Shown piece after piece: positions 1 to 13,568 of a DNA stretch of 64,000 nucleotides (the stretch's first letter is position 1; every line of letters begins with the position of its first letter). The notes under the pieces are model-generated. The model saw only the letters and a list, made by a program, of their open reading frames with translations. It was not told where the DNA came from and searched no databases. A program made the position numbers and the translations under genes. Source of the stretch: Mantamonas sphyraenae STR306 (taxonomy: Eukaryota > Protista > CRuMs); assembly GCA_026936335.1 (NCBI GenBank), contig JAPMXV010000030.1:310001-374000 (forward strand), given 5' to 3'.

Positions 1-3000
1 GGAGGAGCAGCTTGGCGAACGCTTGCATGACGTGTGCGACGACCTTGGGCTTACCTTCCACGCAGGGATGCTGGCCAAAACGACGCAACTACTGCACAAC
101 TTGGACACCCGCATGGGGGTGATTGTGTGTGGGGCGGCTGGTTCGGGCAAGACCACGTGTTTGGATGTGCTTAGCCGAGCTGTGAATCTGGACGATTTGC
201 GAGCTGTCGAGGTTGATACACACGTGTTGCATACGCAGGCGCTGAGCAATCAACATCTCCTGGGCTGGTACGACGAACACAGCGAATGGCACGATGGCCT
301 TGTGGCACGTGTCGTGCGTGAGGCGTTGGCGTCGCAGGGAAGACGCCTGGATGCGCTGGCAAACGGGATGCCAGAGGTCGATGCGGAGGGAGCCGAAGGC
401 TATGGCACAGTGTCTGAACAGAGGGAAAGCAACAAGCCGCTGCAGCACTGGATTGTCTTTGACACGGCACCTTCGTCCGATTGGATGGATGTGTTTGGAT
501 CGGTGCTGGAGGAGCCGCACAGGCTCTGTTTGGCAAACGGAGAAACCCTGGAGGTTCCAGAGTCGCTGCGCTTTGTGTTTGAAAGCAGCGACATGAAGCA
601 CACGTCGCCCAACATTGTGTCCCGGTGCGGGATGGTGTTCTTTGACGAGGCTGATTTGCACTGGACGCACCTTTTTGACGCCTGGGTGGACTCGTGCGTA
701 GAACCAATTGCAGAACGCCGCGGAGCAATGGAACACGTCCTGGAAACATGCGTGGACGAGCTGCACCAGCATGAACGGACACACCCACAGCACTACACGG
801 TGTTGAGCAGCAGCACGAACACCACTGGCGCCCTGTTGAACCTACTGGACGCGATGTTGTCCATGCTGTGTGCAGATGTACGTGACCTTCCAATGGGCAA
901 GCAAGATGTGGCGTTGCAGTGCGTGGCGAATCGGTTGCGCGAGAGCGTGGACGACACAGACACAGACCCGGAGGAGGAGGTGGATTTGCTGTCCTTAATC
1001 CCAGAGGAGCAGCTGGGCGACGTACTGGCAGCGGCAACCGTGTTTGCGGTGGTGTGGTCGTTTGGGGCGAATTGCACGCTGGCAGGGCGCACGTGGATGG
1101 ATGGCAGGTTGCGTGAGCTGTTACCCGCCAAGTGGCTGCCGCCCAATGATGGCGACGAAGGACACCGGGGCGTGTTTGGGCATGTGTTGAACATGGCCAC
1201 ATGCGCATGGGAGCCATGGGAGACCAGCAGCGTGGTTGCACCGGCGATGTGCACACCGATGCACGTCAACAGCATGCCCATTCTCACTCGAGAAATGCGT
1301 CCTGTGTCATACCTTTCTCACCTGTTGCTTTCGAGTGGATACCCGGTGCACGTGGTTGGGGAGACCGGCTCGAGCCGCACCACGCTTGTCGACCAACTGA
1401 TGCACACGTTTGGCAGCGACAGCATGGCGGGCAAGCTGCATTTTGTGCTGCGTTTGCACATGTCGCATGGCGCCACAAGCTCAGAGCAGCTGCGTGACAC
1501 ATTGTCCGGCGTGGCATCGAAGCGTTCCTTGACACGGCTTGGACCACGACCGGGCGGCAAACTGCTGCTCTTGCTGGAAGACGTCCACGTGGGCGGCAAG
1601 ACACACAGTGAAGGATTTGTGAGAGCACTGGTGGAGCGCAGGTCGTGGTACGCGGAGCAGACTGGATCGTTGATGCAGCTGGAAGATTTTGGAGTGCTCA
1701 TGACGTCTACGACGGGTGACCAGGCATGCCACGATGTGTCGACAAGGCGGCTGTTGCGACATTTCAACACGGTGACACTGCAATCACCGGGAGCTGCAAG
1801 CATGGTGGCCATCCTGGAAACGAGCAGTCTGGCGCGTGTGCACTTTCACGAGGCGGCGCGCGTGGCTGTGCTTCGCCCTCTGCTGGGATGTTTTGTGGAC
1901 ACCCTGCAATGGGCAAATGGGATGTCGTTGGGGCGATTGTGGTCGTTGCGAGACCTGCAACGGGTTGTAGAGTGCATGTTTCGTGCAGACACCCTGGGAT
2001 GGTTGGCATCTCCCGTTTCGGCAGTGCATCTCGCCTATCACGAGCTCAGCCGCTGCTTTGGAGACGCAGTGCCAACCGCGCAACAGCGAAAGCTTGTTCG
2101 CGAGCGTGTGTTCCATACAATGACCCAGTGCTTTGGGTTGGACGCAAGCTCGCTGCCGGCACTGCAGGCGGCTGCACACGGCGATGGAGGACGCAACAGA
2201 TTGCTGTTCTCGCAGCTTTTTGGTGGCGATATGGAGTACCAGATGGTGGGCGACCAAGGGGAACTTGTGCCTGTGATGGAGCGGCTGTCCTTCATCCTAG
2301 ACGTGGCATCGTCGTTGGAGAACCAGGGCGTGACGATGCAGGACGACAGGGAACTGACGGTGGCGTCATGTGTGCATGTGTGTCGCATGGCACGACTGTT
2401 GCAATGTGGTCAACACGTCGTGGCTGTGGGCCGATCGGCACTGAGCGGCAAGTTGGTGCAAATGGCCGCGCTGGCGTGTGACCTGTTGCTGTTGGAGGTT
2501 CCGCGTTCTACGGTCAAGGATGACACCCGATGGGCGTCTGTAAAGCAACAGCTGCTGCACAGCGTGCTTGCAGACGATGCAACCGTCACCCTGCTCCTTC
2601 AAGGCAAGCTGCTTGAGAATGCTGCACGCGTTGCCGAGATTTGCACGTGGATGAGCGGAGAGGTGACGCCTCAGCTTCGAGCAGACCTGGAAGAGCACTA
2701 TGCCATGGTTGCGCGGGACAACATGGATCAACATGCCATGGGCACGCTGTCGAGCGACCTAGCATGCGAGTATGCGTTGCTGCAGGAAGATAGGCTGTGG
2801 TCCAGCGCAGCACGGATTGGCGAGACGGCCACGGATAGTACACAGAACTGCGTGGCAGCCGAAACTGGCAGAAGCAGAGCGTCCCGGGTCGTTGAGTGGT
2901 GCACATCGTTTGGCGTACGCAAGGGCATGCAGGCTGCAGAACGACGCAAACATCCTGGCTGCACAGTTGGTCGTGGTGTCCAACGTACTCACGGAAGGAA

Positions 3001-6000
3001 GAGAGTACATGCAGAGCTCGCGGCTGATGGAGCTGTCGTGGGTGCTGGACATGCGCAGCAGTTCGCGCCAGGAGCAGGTGGACACGCTGAGTACACTGCG
3101 GAACAGGCGAGAGAACAGCACATCCACAGACGAAGCGCGGGAGATGCTGGGTGTGGATGTGGAGCGCTGTGTACGCGAAGAAGCGCCGTGGGTACTCGAC
3201 GAGGTGAGCGTACATGCACTGGAGCGGTGCATCGTGCGCATGGTGCGCGTCGTACAGGAGAGAACACATCACGACGGTCTGCTGGAGGTTTCTGGTAAAC
3301 GGGTGCTCGCATGCTGCATTCGTTGCTGCATCTGGCGTCGCAGAAACGCGAGAAGCTGCACAACGAGCTTGGCGAACTGGAAGCAGCTGTGGCCAACGTC
3401 GTGGCTTTGGAGCGGGACGAAAGCATGCTGATGGAGGAGTTGAACACGCAAACCCCCAAAGTGGAACAGCTGCAGCGGCAGTTCAAGGAGATGGTCATCA
3501 AAGGCCAGACGCTGGCGGAGGCGCAGACACTTGCGTTGCAGGAACGCCAGGATCTTGAGAGCAAACTGGAAGAGGAGCAAGTGCAGCTGGAGGCACTTAC
3601 GGAACGCATCAACTCAGCGCTGGGCGACGCACCGAAACGATTGCAGCGAGCCACACGTGAATTTGCTGAGCATGCAGCGGAGTTGGCCTCGTTGACAGCA
3701 CCATCTCCAGCTGCAAATATGTATCTGCGTGGCGCATGCGTGTTGATGGGCGTCGAGCCATCGTATGCACTTGATGGCGATGAGCTGCATCGTGGGCAGT
3801 TTGCATGGCATGGAACGGCTGAGCGGCTTTTTGCAGGGGATTTCGGCAGCCGTCTGGACGCATTGGAAGTGAACAAACTGTCACCGGGTCGCATACGCTC
3901 CATGAAGGACCTGATGGAATCTGGACACCGCGTCTCTGTGGTGAACGGCGTTGACAGAGAGACAGAGGAGGCGGAGGCGGAGGAGGAGGAGGACGAAGAG
4001 GCGGAGGAGCTGCAGCGTTTCGATGTTGAGCGAGCAAAGCAGATCTCTGCAGCAATGGGGGCCATGGCCACTTGGTGCGTAGAGGTTGTGTACAGCTGGG
4101 AAAAGGCACAGGTTGTCGACGCAGAAGAGGAGCAGCGAGCCAACACGCGCAGGGCTTTGAAAAAGGCGCGTGGGCAGCTGCGAAGCAGCATGAAGCAGAG
4201 CAAGCGCGTGGCGAAAGAGGTGCAAGAGTTGCAAGGAAGCAAGGAGTTGCTGCTGGAGGAACTGAAGTTGCACCAGGAGTCGGTGGCCACTTTGGAGGAG
4301 AGCCGCAAACGCGTCAGCACTCTCGTGCACGAGCTGGTGCCGTTGCGCGAGGACTGGGTGGTGGAAATAGGACGTCTCGAGGTGGCTTTGCTGACGTTGT
4401 TGGGAGATTCGCTGTTGAGCGCTGGATACGTGAGCCTCATGGGACCTCTGTCAGATGTTGAGCGCGCCGAGGCGCTGGAAGCATGGCGTGGGATCTTGAA
4501 GGAGGCTGCCATCGAGGTGGATGACGAGTACAGCGTGACAGAGAATGTGTGCGGCGAGGAGAGAGTGCGCGCGTGGGCGCTTTCAGGTTTGCCAAACATC
4601 CAGCTGTGTCAAGAAAACGCAGGCATCCTGGAGGGTGGACAGCAGCATGCGATTGTGCTGGATCCCCAAAGTCTGTGTGCAAACTGGATGGAGCGTCGGG
4701 CGGCACGCAAAGAGTACGGCGAGGCGTTGGAGTGCATCGCGTACGCCTCACCTGATCTGCACTCGAGGTTGGATGCCTGTGCAGCACGAGGGGCCACAGC
4801 GGTGGTGCTGGGCGTGCCACAGGACATTGACGTGCGTGAGATGGACCAGATGGTGCACCCACGCGAGTACGCTGTGGCGCGTCGTGGCGACGATGCACTG
4901 CGCTTCTTGTCTAATCTGCGACTGTCGAACTTGGTGAGTCCTGGTACGGCCACAGGCTCGTCATCACCATCCGAGGGGGGCGTGTCGAGCGAGATGCACA
5001 CGCTACACTCTGGCGGCGGGACGGTGACATGGGCTTGGGCGATTGGGGACGGCGACAGCATGCCCGAAGGCGAGGTCCAGTCGGCTGAGCACAGTGCGTC
5101 GAGCACACCGGTCGGCTCGCCAAGAGAGCGACGTCGTGCGTCGAGTTTGAGGAACGCGGGGGGACCGAGATCCAAGGAAGGATCGCGGAGAGCGAGCCTG
5201 GCCATGTTCCTAGGCCGTGACGGTGTGGAGGATGACGAGGACTCTGTGGCGGGGTTGTTGCTGCAGAGTCGATCATACAGGGTGATTGTGGTGCTGAACA
5301 GCAGCACTTGGCCTCGTGACAGCCGTGTCATGGAGCACCTGGACATGGTGAACTTCGGCGTGGCCGTGCCGTCGTTGCACTCGATTATCATGCAGGAGAT
5401 TGTGTTTCAGGTGCACCGCACGGAGGAAGAGCTGCAAAAGGAGGCACGCGAGAGACGCGAGCTGTTGCGCAACCGAGCATCGCAGTACCGCGCGTGGCTG
5501 CGCGACACGGTGCGCACACGCGAGAGTGATCTGGCTCAGATGAAGCAGCCAACTCGCGATTGGGACCTGGAAACGCAGCAAGCGATGGAGTTGCTTCAGC
5601 GAGAGGTTGTGTTGAATGCACAGAGTGTGCGTTCGGTGGAGGAGAAGCTGGAGGAAGAGGGCGACGACGCCGAGATGTTGAACGCGTACGAGCGCAGCTA
5701 CGAGCACGCTGTGGATCGGATCAACGCATTTTACGCGTGTTCCCAGAAGATGGGTGGACTTCACAGCACGTTTGAAGTGTCGCTGCCAACGTTTTTGTCG
5801 TGGGTGCGCCGTATTGCGCGAGGGTGGTTGATGCGCGTTCAGGAGTTGCTGACGATCCGACACACGCCTGGATCTCGCGGCAGCAGCCAGCGTACGGTAG
5901 GAGCAACCAGCAATGCGAGCGGCTTGGTGCATTCGGTGTCGCTCACGACGACAGTGCAAAGTGGATCGAGCACACGGAGCCTGGAAACAAATGTGGACGA

Positions 6001-8973
6001 GGAAATGGTGGGCCTGCTGATGGAGGAAGCCACAAGCAAACTGTACCGCTTGTTGAGCATGGGCATGCCAGAGAGCGATGCACACCTGCTGCAGCTTCTC
6101 CTTTGTCGCGAGTATCTGCAGGACACGGTGACGGAAGCGGACGCGTGGGCGTTCCTGCAGAGCTGTCTGGACAGGTCGTCGTTCATGCTGTCACCCCGCG
6201 GCATGCGAACGCCACGCAAGTCGCAGATGGATACCTCAGATGGGAAGCAAGAAGGCGCAGGGAAGCAGAGTGTGGCCACGGACGCCGCGTTGAACTCGCC
6301 TCAGCTGCCAGCATCGTTGTTGCGTGGCGGAGCAGCGGATCCATTCCTGGCGACCCTTGCCAAGACTCAGAGCGGAGGAGCAGCAGCAGCAGCAGTAGCA
6401 GCGGAAGTAGCGGAAGTAGCAGCCTGCAGGTGAAGTTGAACGGGAGCAGGCGCCCGTTGTGGATGAGCCACAACGCGTGGCAGCTGGTTCAGGAGATGGA
6501 GAACGAACTGGAACCGATGGATGGGCTTGTGGAAGCCATTGCGAACGACAGCGAGGAGTGGAGAAAGGTGTTGGATGTGGAACGGGACGAGTGGGATGCA
6601 GTGCATGCGGTGGAGGCGATTCCGCGTGAGTGGAAGAGCAAGTTGGACACGTTGCATACGTTTATGCTGGTTGTGGTGGGCACAGGGCTGGAAGAGACGA
6701 CGCGTATGGTACAGTGGCTGTGCGCAGAGCTGTTTGGTCAAGAGATGTTGGAGGAGGAGACGCGCTCGCTGGCGCAGGTTGTCAGTGAGGAAGGGGAACA
6801 AACGCAAGCTGTGATCGTGTACAGCAAGGGAGGGAGTGTGGCAAGCGAACTGCAGCAAGGGATGAGCGACACCACAGCCGCGGCGATGGGTGGGGAAGGG
6901 GATGCTCACGTGCGGCTTGTGATGTGTGGGCGTGGCATAGAGGAGAAGGGGAGTTGGTGGAAGCATGTCAAGCAAGAGATGCAAGGATGCATGGAAAGGG
7001 GGCGTGTTCTTGTGCTGCAGGACACGAGTGGCGAGCTGGCATGGCTGCAGCCGTTTGAACGAGTGCACAAGAGCCTGAAGGAGCGACTGGTAGCTGAACA
7101 GAGGCTGCACGCCAACTTTAGGATGGTTGTGGTGGCAACAGCAAGCATGGACGGGCTGTTGGAACACGCAGGACTGGCGTTGGTGCAGGACAGCCTGAAG
7201 ATTGTGCACCATGAGAGGATGAGCCTGACGCGGCAAGTGATGAGCGTGCTGCAGTATGTGGGCGACCGTGAACTTTTGCTGAGTGGACCCGTGTCTGCAC
7301 GGCAACACATCCTGCATCGACTTGTGTATGCGAGTGCCGTGTTGCACGGTGTGCTGATGGAAAGGAGTGGGATGGAGCAGCAGGGGTGGCACGCAAGGTA
7401 TGCCTTGTCATTGGTGGACTTTGGCACGGGGTTACGTGTATTGCAACGGATGGTGCACGCAGGAGCCAACAAAACCGACTTTGGGGTGCTGCGGTACACG
7501 TACGGCGAGCTTGTGTACGGCGGCCACATGCACAACGAGTGGGATTTGGCCACTGTCCAGGCCCTGGTTTCTCTGTGTTTCCACAGCGAGGTGATGTACG
7601 CGAGTACGGTGTTGAGCGGATTCCCCGTGCCCAGTGAGGAGCTGAGTGGCGTGCAGGCGTACATGTCATTTATCCAGCGAGCAAACGTGCGTGTGACGGG
7701 CCGTTTGCTGTGCCTTCATCCGTCGGCACTGCGTGTGCAGGCCATGCAAAACGCCCGCCAGACGCTTGGGGCCATGGCACAGCTGGAACACCGACGTCTG
7801 CGAAGCAGGCGTGCGTGGACAGCGATCATGGGTCTGCTGACGCAGCTGCACGAGGTGGAAACGGTGATGCCCGATGCACTTTCACCATCACGCTTGCAGA
7901 CTATTTTCCAGGAGTCGAATGTGTCGGAACGCACCATGTTGGATGTACTGCAGCTGGAGGTGGACCATTTCAACGCACATCGGCAGGCCATCTTGGACAA
8001 GGTGCGCTTCATGCACACGCTGCTCTCCCAGTGTGAGGAAGAAGGAAGCGGGGTTCCGCATACGATGAGGGAGGAGGCCGAAGCGTTGGAGCGTGGGTTT
8101 GTGCCTGTGTCGTGGATGCATGCAGGCGACCCAGAATGGCGGAGCTCCAGCAGCAGCAGCAGCAGCAGCAGCAGAAGTGACCACGGCCATCATGGCCGCA
8201 AGCACGAGGGTAAGCCAAGCGATCAAGTGCCCCTTCCTCTGTGGTTGGATCTGCTGTCGGAGCGTGCTGAGTATCTGGAGGCTTGGATGAGTCGAGGTAC
8301 TGCGCCGGAGGTGTTTGCACTTCAGCACATCGAACACGTGGGCGCTCTGCTGTGTGCGATGCGTGTGCAGGCAGCAGCAAAGAAGCAGGTGGGCGTGGAG
8401 GAGATGCGCTTGGTGGGGCGTATGCAGGCCAACCTGTACGGGATGTGCTGGAAGGTGAGCGGCGTTGTGCTGCATCGAGGACAGTGGCATGCAGACGACC
8501 AACTGCTTGTGGAAAGCAACTCCTCCACGTTGACACAGAGTCTGGAATCGGTGTGGCTTCATGTGGAACATATCAAAGGCAACAGCGGGACATCGAGCCA
8601 GCGCGAACGCAGCGGATCGGGTCTGCAAGCAAACCGAAGCGAGAGCATTGGTCGCGTGCGCAGTTCGAGTGGCCTCAGCGCCGTCGCCACTCGAAAGATC
8701 CTATCCACGACCAAAGAAAAGATGGACAGCCAGCTGAGCAGTGGAGGCGTGTGGGATGCGCTGAGCGCAAAGGGAGGTGGCAAGAAGCTGGCAAAGATCA
8801 TGGACAGCAAACACAAGGTGCGTTGCCCTCTTTACGTGCGCCAGACGCGGTTGCGACGAAGCGACGGAAGCAACGAGGAGCGACAGGAGGTTGCCGTGTG
8901 GGTGGAGGTGCGCAGCAGCAGGCCGCAAAAGCATTGGGCCATGATTGGGGCGTCGTTTGCACTTTTGGAGTGA
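1..8973 (+). CDS. Divergent dynein heavy chain (5'-truncated by the window; AAA2 to C-terminus), split by ~3 frameshifts
   Basis: ORF 23-3298 carries dynein AAA2 motifs (GAAGSGKT; LLGWYDEHSEWHDGL; WIVFD...WMDVFGSVL...LCLANGE...FVFES..MKHTSPNIVSRCGMVF) and an AAA3 region (RLLRHF). The frame shifts near 2850, 3310 and 6380. ORF 3311-6433 holds the stalk coiled coil, LLGDSLLSAGYVSLMGP and WALSGLP...ENA...DPQ (AAA5). ORF 5800-8973 holds HANFRM, LVYGGH..NEWD (AAA6) and the C-terminal RCPLY...HWAMIGA. Confidence 0.85.
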
Positions 8974-9017
8974 TGACGTGTGGGGACTGAATGCAGAATC
9001 CATTTGCAAACTCTCCT

Positions 9018-11514
9018 TCAGCCATACAGAGGAGGATAGCCCTTGGCATTGGGCAAGGAGGTGCCAAAAATGGGGTCGTCTTGAGTGCCGTAGTCCTGGT
9101 CGATCTGAGCCAGTTGCTGTTCGAGGTCGTCCAAATCCTTCTTGGAGATGCGAGTTGTGTCGACAGTGCGTGGGGCCATATGTATGGAATCGCCAGTGAG
9201 GGTGCGCATGGCCTGGTCGACGAGCTGTCGGTGGACAAGGCACAGGCGAGGTGAATTGTGCACGGTGAGGGGCACCTGGCACTGTGTGCCATCCAGCATG
9301 ACAAAGGAGCAGCTGGTGAGAAGAAGTTGATCGACGTCACAGAAAGCATGCATGACACAGTACTGCGACGATGGCAGCGTAGGGAGCATGCATCTGTGCT
9401 TGTTGTCGCCCGTGCGCAGCAAGCGCACAGCTGTGGACGCGGTATCGGATGAGTCCTTGGACGACGTGGGTGTCGCCGACGATGAGGACGATGATGATGA
9501 GGATGATGATGAGGAGGAGGAGACGAGAGCACGGCCCTTGGAGGTGGTTTGGCCCGGGGATCGGTCGACAAAGATACAGCGGCGAGGAAACTGGTCGGGG
9601 AATGAAGTCACGCGTGTGTTTCCTCTGTCTGCGCGTGCCGAATGGGTGGTTTCGGAGCGCCTGCGTCCGCTGGAAGAGTGTGTGGTGGTGGTAAGGGCGG
9701 CCGTGGCGAAATGAAGCTCGTCGTCGTGATTGTCTTTCTTCAGCGGGTGGTCCTTGTCGTAGCGCAGGGCAGCAGCAAAGGCGAGGGGAGGGTGGTTGTG
9801 CAGCGCTTGTGCCAGCTCCGGGTGGAACTGACGCAAGTACTTGTGGCGTGCTTCGTGGTGCCTGCGCTTGTCGTTCATGGTGCTGACGTCGACGCCATCG
9901 ATGGCAGCAAGGGGAAGCTTACGACTGTACAATTGGCTCATGCGATGTGCTGTGCGTCTGCGTGTGCGCCTGTAATACCAATGGCCCGTGTTGTGGACAT
10001 CCATGAGGTCCAGCTCCTGCAACTCGTCCGTGATTTCCTTCTTGGAACGGTCGCGTTTGCGCTTGCGGGCACTGTCGGCCAAATGCAGCTGATCTTGCAA
10101 CTCTTGGCGACGTTGCATGCGTTGCACGGCCCTGAATGTTTCCTCCATCTCTTCATCGGCGGCACGGTACTTGTCTCTCCAGGTGAGGTAGGCACTGCCC
10201 ACGTGATTGCGCAACACCGACTCCTGTGTCTTGTATAACTTCATCAACTGTCGGATGTTTGCCAAACGGTCCTTTGCCGCCAGCATTTCTGCACGCTTGG
10301 CTTCGAGCGCAGGGTCGACCTCGTTTGCAGGGGACTCGGATTCCTGCGTCGGCGGCGGCGGCAGCTGCGATTCAGCGCGTTGGCCCTCTGCGTCTGCCTC
10401 GCCCTCTGCGTCTGCCTCTTCCCCATCCTCTCCCGTGTCCTGGCTGCCCATGCTCGCAGGTGTGGTTGGTGTGGATGGTACCGAGGGCGTGTCGACATCC
10501 ATACCGTCGTCTCCCGTTGTGGTTGTGCTCTTTTTGGTGTGGCTGCGACTCCTGCCACTCCTGCTTCTTGCTCCTGTTCCGTGACTTGCTCCTGTTTTTG
10601 GACCGTTTGCTCTGTCGGGCGGCCTGGAGGGCCTCGGTTGCAAGTTCGTCCTCGGTCATGTCCCGGAAGGCCTTCCACTGGCCCATGCCAAACTCGGGCA
10701 CAGGCAGGATGATTTGGTTGGCAAACAGATTTGTTTGCTCGTCGTCTTCGCTGCTGTCGGAGAGGAATTCGGCCTGAAACGTGTCGTCGGGCAGTGAGAC
10801 GGGCGACTCGCGGCCAACCTCGAGCTCGTCGTCGTCGTTGCCGTCGCCAGCCTGCTGCAGGTGGAGCATGATGGACTTGCCTGTTGGGGTGCTGCACAGG
10901 TTGCGCCGTGTCTGGGCCTCTGCTTCCTCTGTGTCGAGGCTGGGCGTCGGGCTTTGTTTTGTGACGGGATTGTGTGCATTCCCTCCAGGGGCGCTCTGAG
11001 CACGAAACAGCGTCTTGACACTCTGTGTGTTGAGCAGATAGTAACGCTGTGCATGTCGGATCTGATCGTTGGTTGCGCGTGCGCCACTGGGCTTTGGCTT
11101 GTCGTAGGTGCGCCAACTTTTGCTTGGCGAGCCCGCCATGGAGCGGAACTTGGGTTCCAGCGTGGAGGCCAGCTCGCTCCAGCGCTCGCCATGCTGCATG
11201 ACCGCCGGTGACTCACGCATGACACCCAAGCGCCGCAGCTCGCCGTCCAGGTAGCGGTGGAGGATGTCTGACCGTGCCTGCAGCATGGACGCAGACAAAG
11301 CCTGTGGCGCTTGCAGCAAGCCGTCGCTTCGCATTGAGTCAGCCCGCTCCACACCCGGTGCGATGTCATCCTGGTCCATGGCATCCACGTCAATCTTGGG
11401 TGCCGCAATGCCTTCTTCCACGATGCTGTTTGAGCTGCTGCTGCTGCTCGCCTGTGGCTGTGGTGGAGCTTGAGACGCCTCGGTCCGCTGCGGCGTCGCC
11501 TCGTCAACCTCCAT
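9018..11514 (-). CDS. Nuclear protein with C-terminal zf-C3Hc3H-like domain (KANSL2/INO80D-like)
   Basis: Starts MEVDEAT (ATG 11514); apparent frameshift near 10560 into ORF 9018-10643. C-terminal C...P..LPSSQYCVMH...DQLL..CSF....QCQVP......LCLVH pattern; basic NLS-like RKRKR. Confidence 0.55.
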
Positions 11515-11735
11515 CCCTGCCCAAAGACGATACTTTGCAGCGAGGGAGCGGAGGTGAGTGGAGGAGGAGGTGAGGGACAAGTATGGGTGGAGGGCGGGTT
11601 CATTAGGATTCAGTGCGTACAATCGTCGCCACATGTGTGTGTGTGTGTGAGTGTGTGTGTGAGAGGAGGACGGATGCGCTGGAGTTGCCACCGAAACGAA
11701 CGGACAGACAGCGCAACCGACGCATACAGACATAC

Positions 11736-13467
11736 ATGAGCGAGAACGACAAGGAGATTGAGGTTGGACAGCAGGAGGAAGAGGCACCGCCCGAATTGGA
11801 AAAGGTGCCGGGAGAAGAGGAAGAGGAGGAGCCGATGTTTGTGAAGCTTTCTGGAGATGCGACGGAGGCGACGGAGATTGAGTCGCTGTGTATGCAGTGC
11901 TACGAGCAGGGTAGGTGACACGCAAGGGGCGGATTATGCTGAGTAGACAGTGTGGGCACACAGAGAAGGCGTGCGCGAGGGGAGAGGGAGTGTTTGTGGT
12001 CGTGTGGGAACTAACATGTGCCCCCAATCCACGAAAAGGCATCACTCGCCTGCTTTTGACGCGAATTCCCTACTTCCGGGACGTCATCTTGATGGCGTTC
12101 CACTGCCCGCACTGCGGGTTCCGCAACCACGAGCTGAAGACCAACGAGGTGCAGGAATATGGCTCTCGCTTTGAAGTGAAGGTGGCAGACGGAACGGAGG
12201 ATCCCGAGGGCCGCCACACGGACCTGAACCGACAGGTGATCCGCGGTGACTCGGCCACTGTGTCGTTGCCCGAGATGGACTTTGAGATTCCGGGCTTCAC
12301 ACAGCCGGGTGAGATCAACACGATCGAGGGGCTGGTGGTGCAAGCTGTGGATCGGCTGCAGCTCACGTACGCCATGTATCTGGTGCAGGACCCGGAGACG
12401 GCGGAGAAGCTGAAGGAGTTTATGGAGAAGATGACGGCGCTGGTGGAGGGTACGGAGCCGTTTACGGTGATTGTGACGACCCGTCGGGCAACAGCTTTGT
12501 GCAGAACCCGTATGCACCGGAGAAGAAGGACCCGCGCGTCAAGTTTAGCACGTACAAGCGCACCTCTGAGATGGACGAGAAGCTGGGTTTCCAGCCACAG
12601 CAGGAGGGGGCCGAGGAGGACGAGACAATCAAGAAGCAGAAGGAGGCGATGATTGCCGGCGGCAACATCCTTTCCGGCGACGAGGTGGTGGCCTTTGCCA
12701 AGAAGTATGCCAACACCAACCTGGGAGGCCAAAAGAACGACAGCAAGAATGAGGAGGGGGAACAGGGAAGCAGCAGCAGCAGCAGCAGCAGCAGTAGCAG
12801 CGAAGAGGACGGCGAGGAGGAGGCAGAGATGGAAGATGGGGAGAGCGAAAAGGTGACGCAGCAATCGCGCATCATGGAGTTTCCGGGCACGTGTCTGATG
12901 TGCCACTCGCCCGGCAACACACGTATGCTGGTGACGAACATCCCGCACTTCAAGGAGGTTGTGGTGATGGCGTTTCACTGCACTGAGTGCGGCTTCAAGG
13001 ACAACGACATCAAGGCAGGCGGAGGCGTGTCGGAATTGGGCCGTCGCATCACGCTGAAGTTGACGGATCCGGAGGATCTGAACCGCGACCTGCTCAAGGC
13101 GGAGACGGCCGAAGTGATCATTCCGGAGCTGGATCTGGAGCTGACGCACGGCACGCTGGGAGGCCGGTTCACCACGATTGAGGGTCTGTTGAAGCAGGTG
13201 AGCGATCATCTGGCCAACACGAACCCGTTCAGCGTGGGCGACTCGGCCGATGCTGAGGATCGCCAAAAGTTCCAGGAGTTTCTGGCCAAGCTGGACAACC
13301 TGATTGCCGGCGAGCCATTTACGCTGATCATCGACGACCCCATGGCCAACTCGTACGTGCAGAACCCGTATGCACCAGACGAGGATCCGGAAATGCTTGT
13401 GGAGGAGTACGAGCGCACCGAGGAGCAGAACGAAATGTTTGGTCTGAACGACATCAACGTGGACTGA
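11736..13467 (+). CDS. ZPR1: Zinc finger protein ZPR1
   Basis: IESLCMQCYEQG | intron 11911-12038 (GTAGGT...CTAAC...AAG) | ITRLLLTRIPYFRDVILMAFHCPHCG; second module CLMC...IPHFKEVVVMAFHCTECG...GRFTTIEGLL...DDPMANSYVQNP. One missing G near 12476 (IV-DDPSGNSFVQNP). Confidence 0.95.
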
Positions 13468-13568
13468 AAGGGCGGATGATGGCGATATGATGATGATGCA
13501 ATGTGGGGAACAATGAGTGAGGAAGGAAGGAGAGACCAAAAATGCATTATTCGTGCGTGTGTTTTGCC

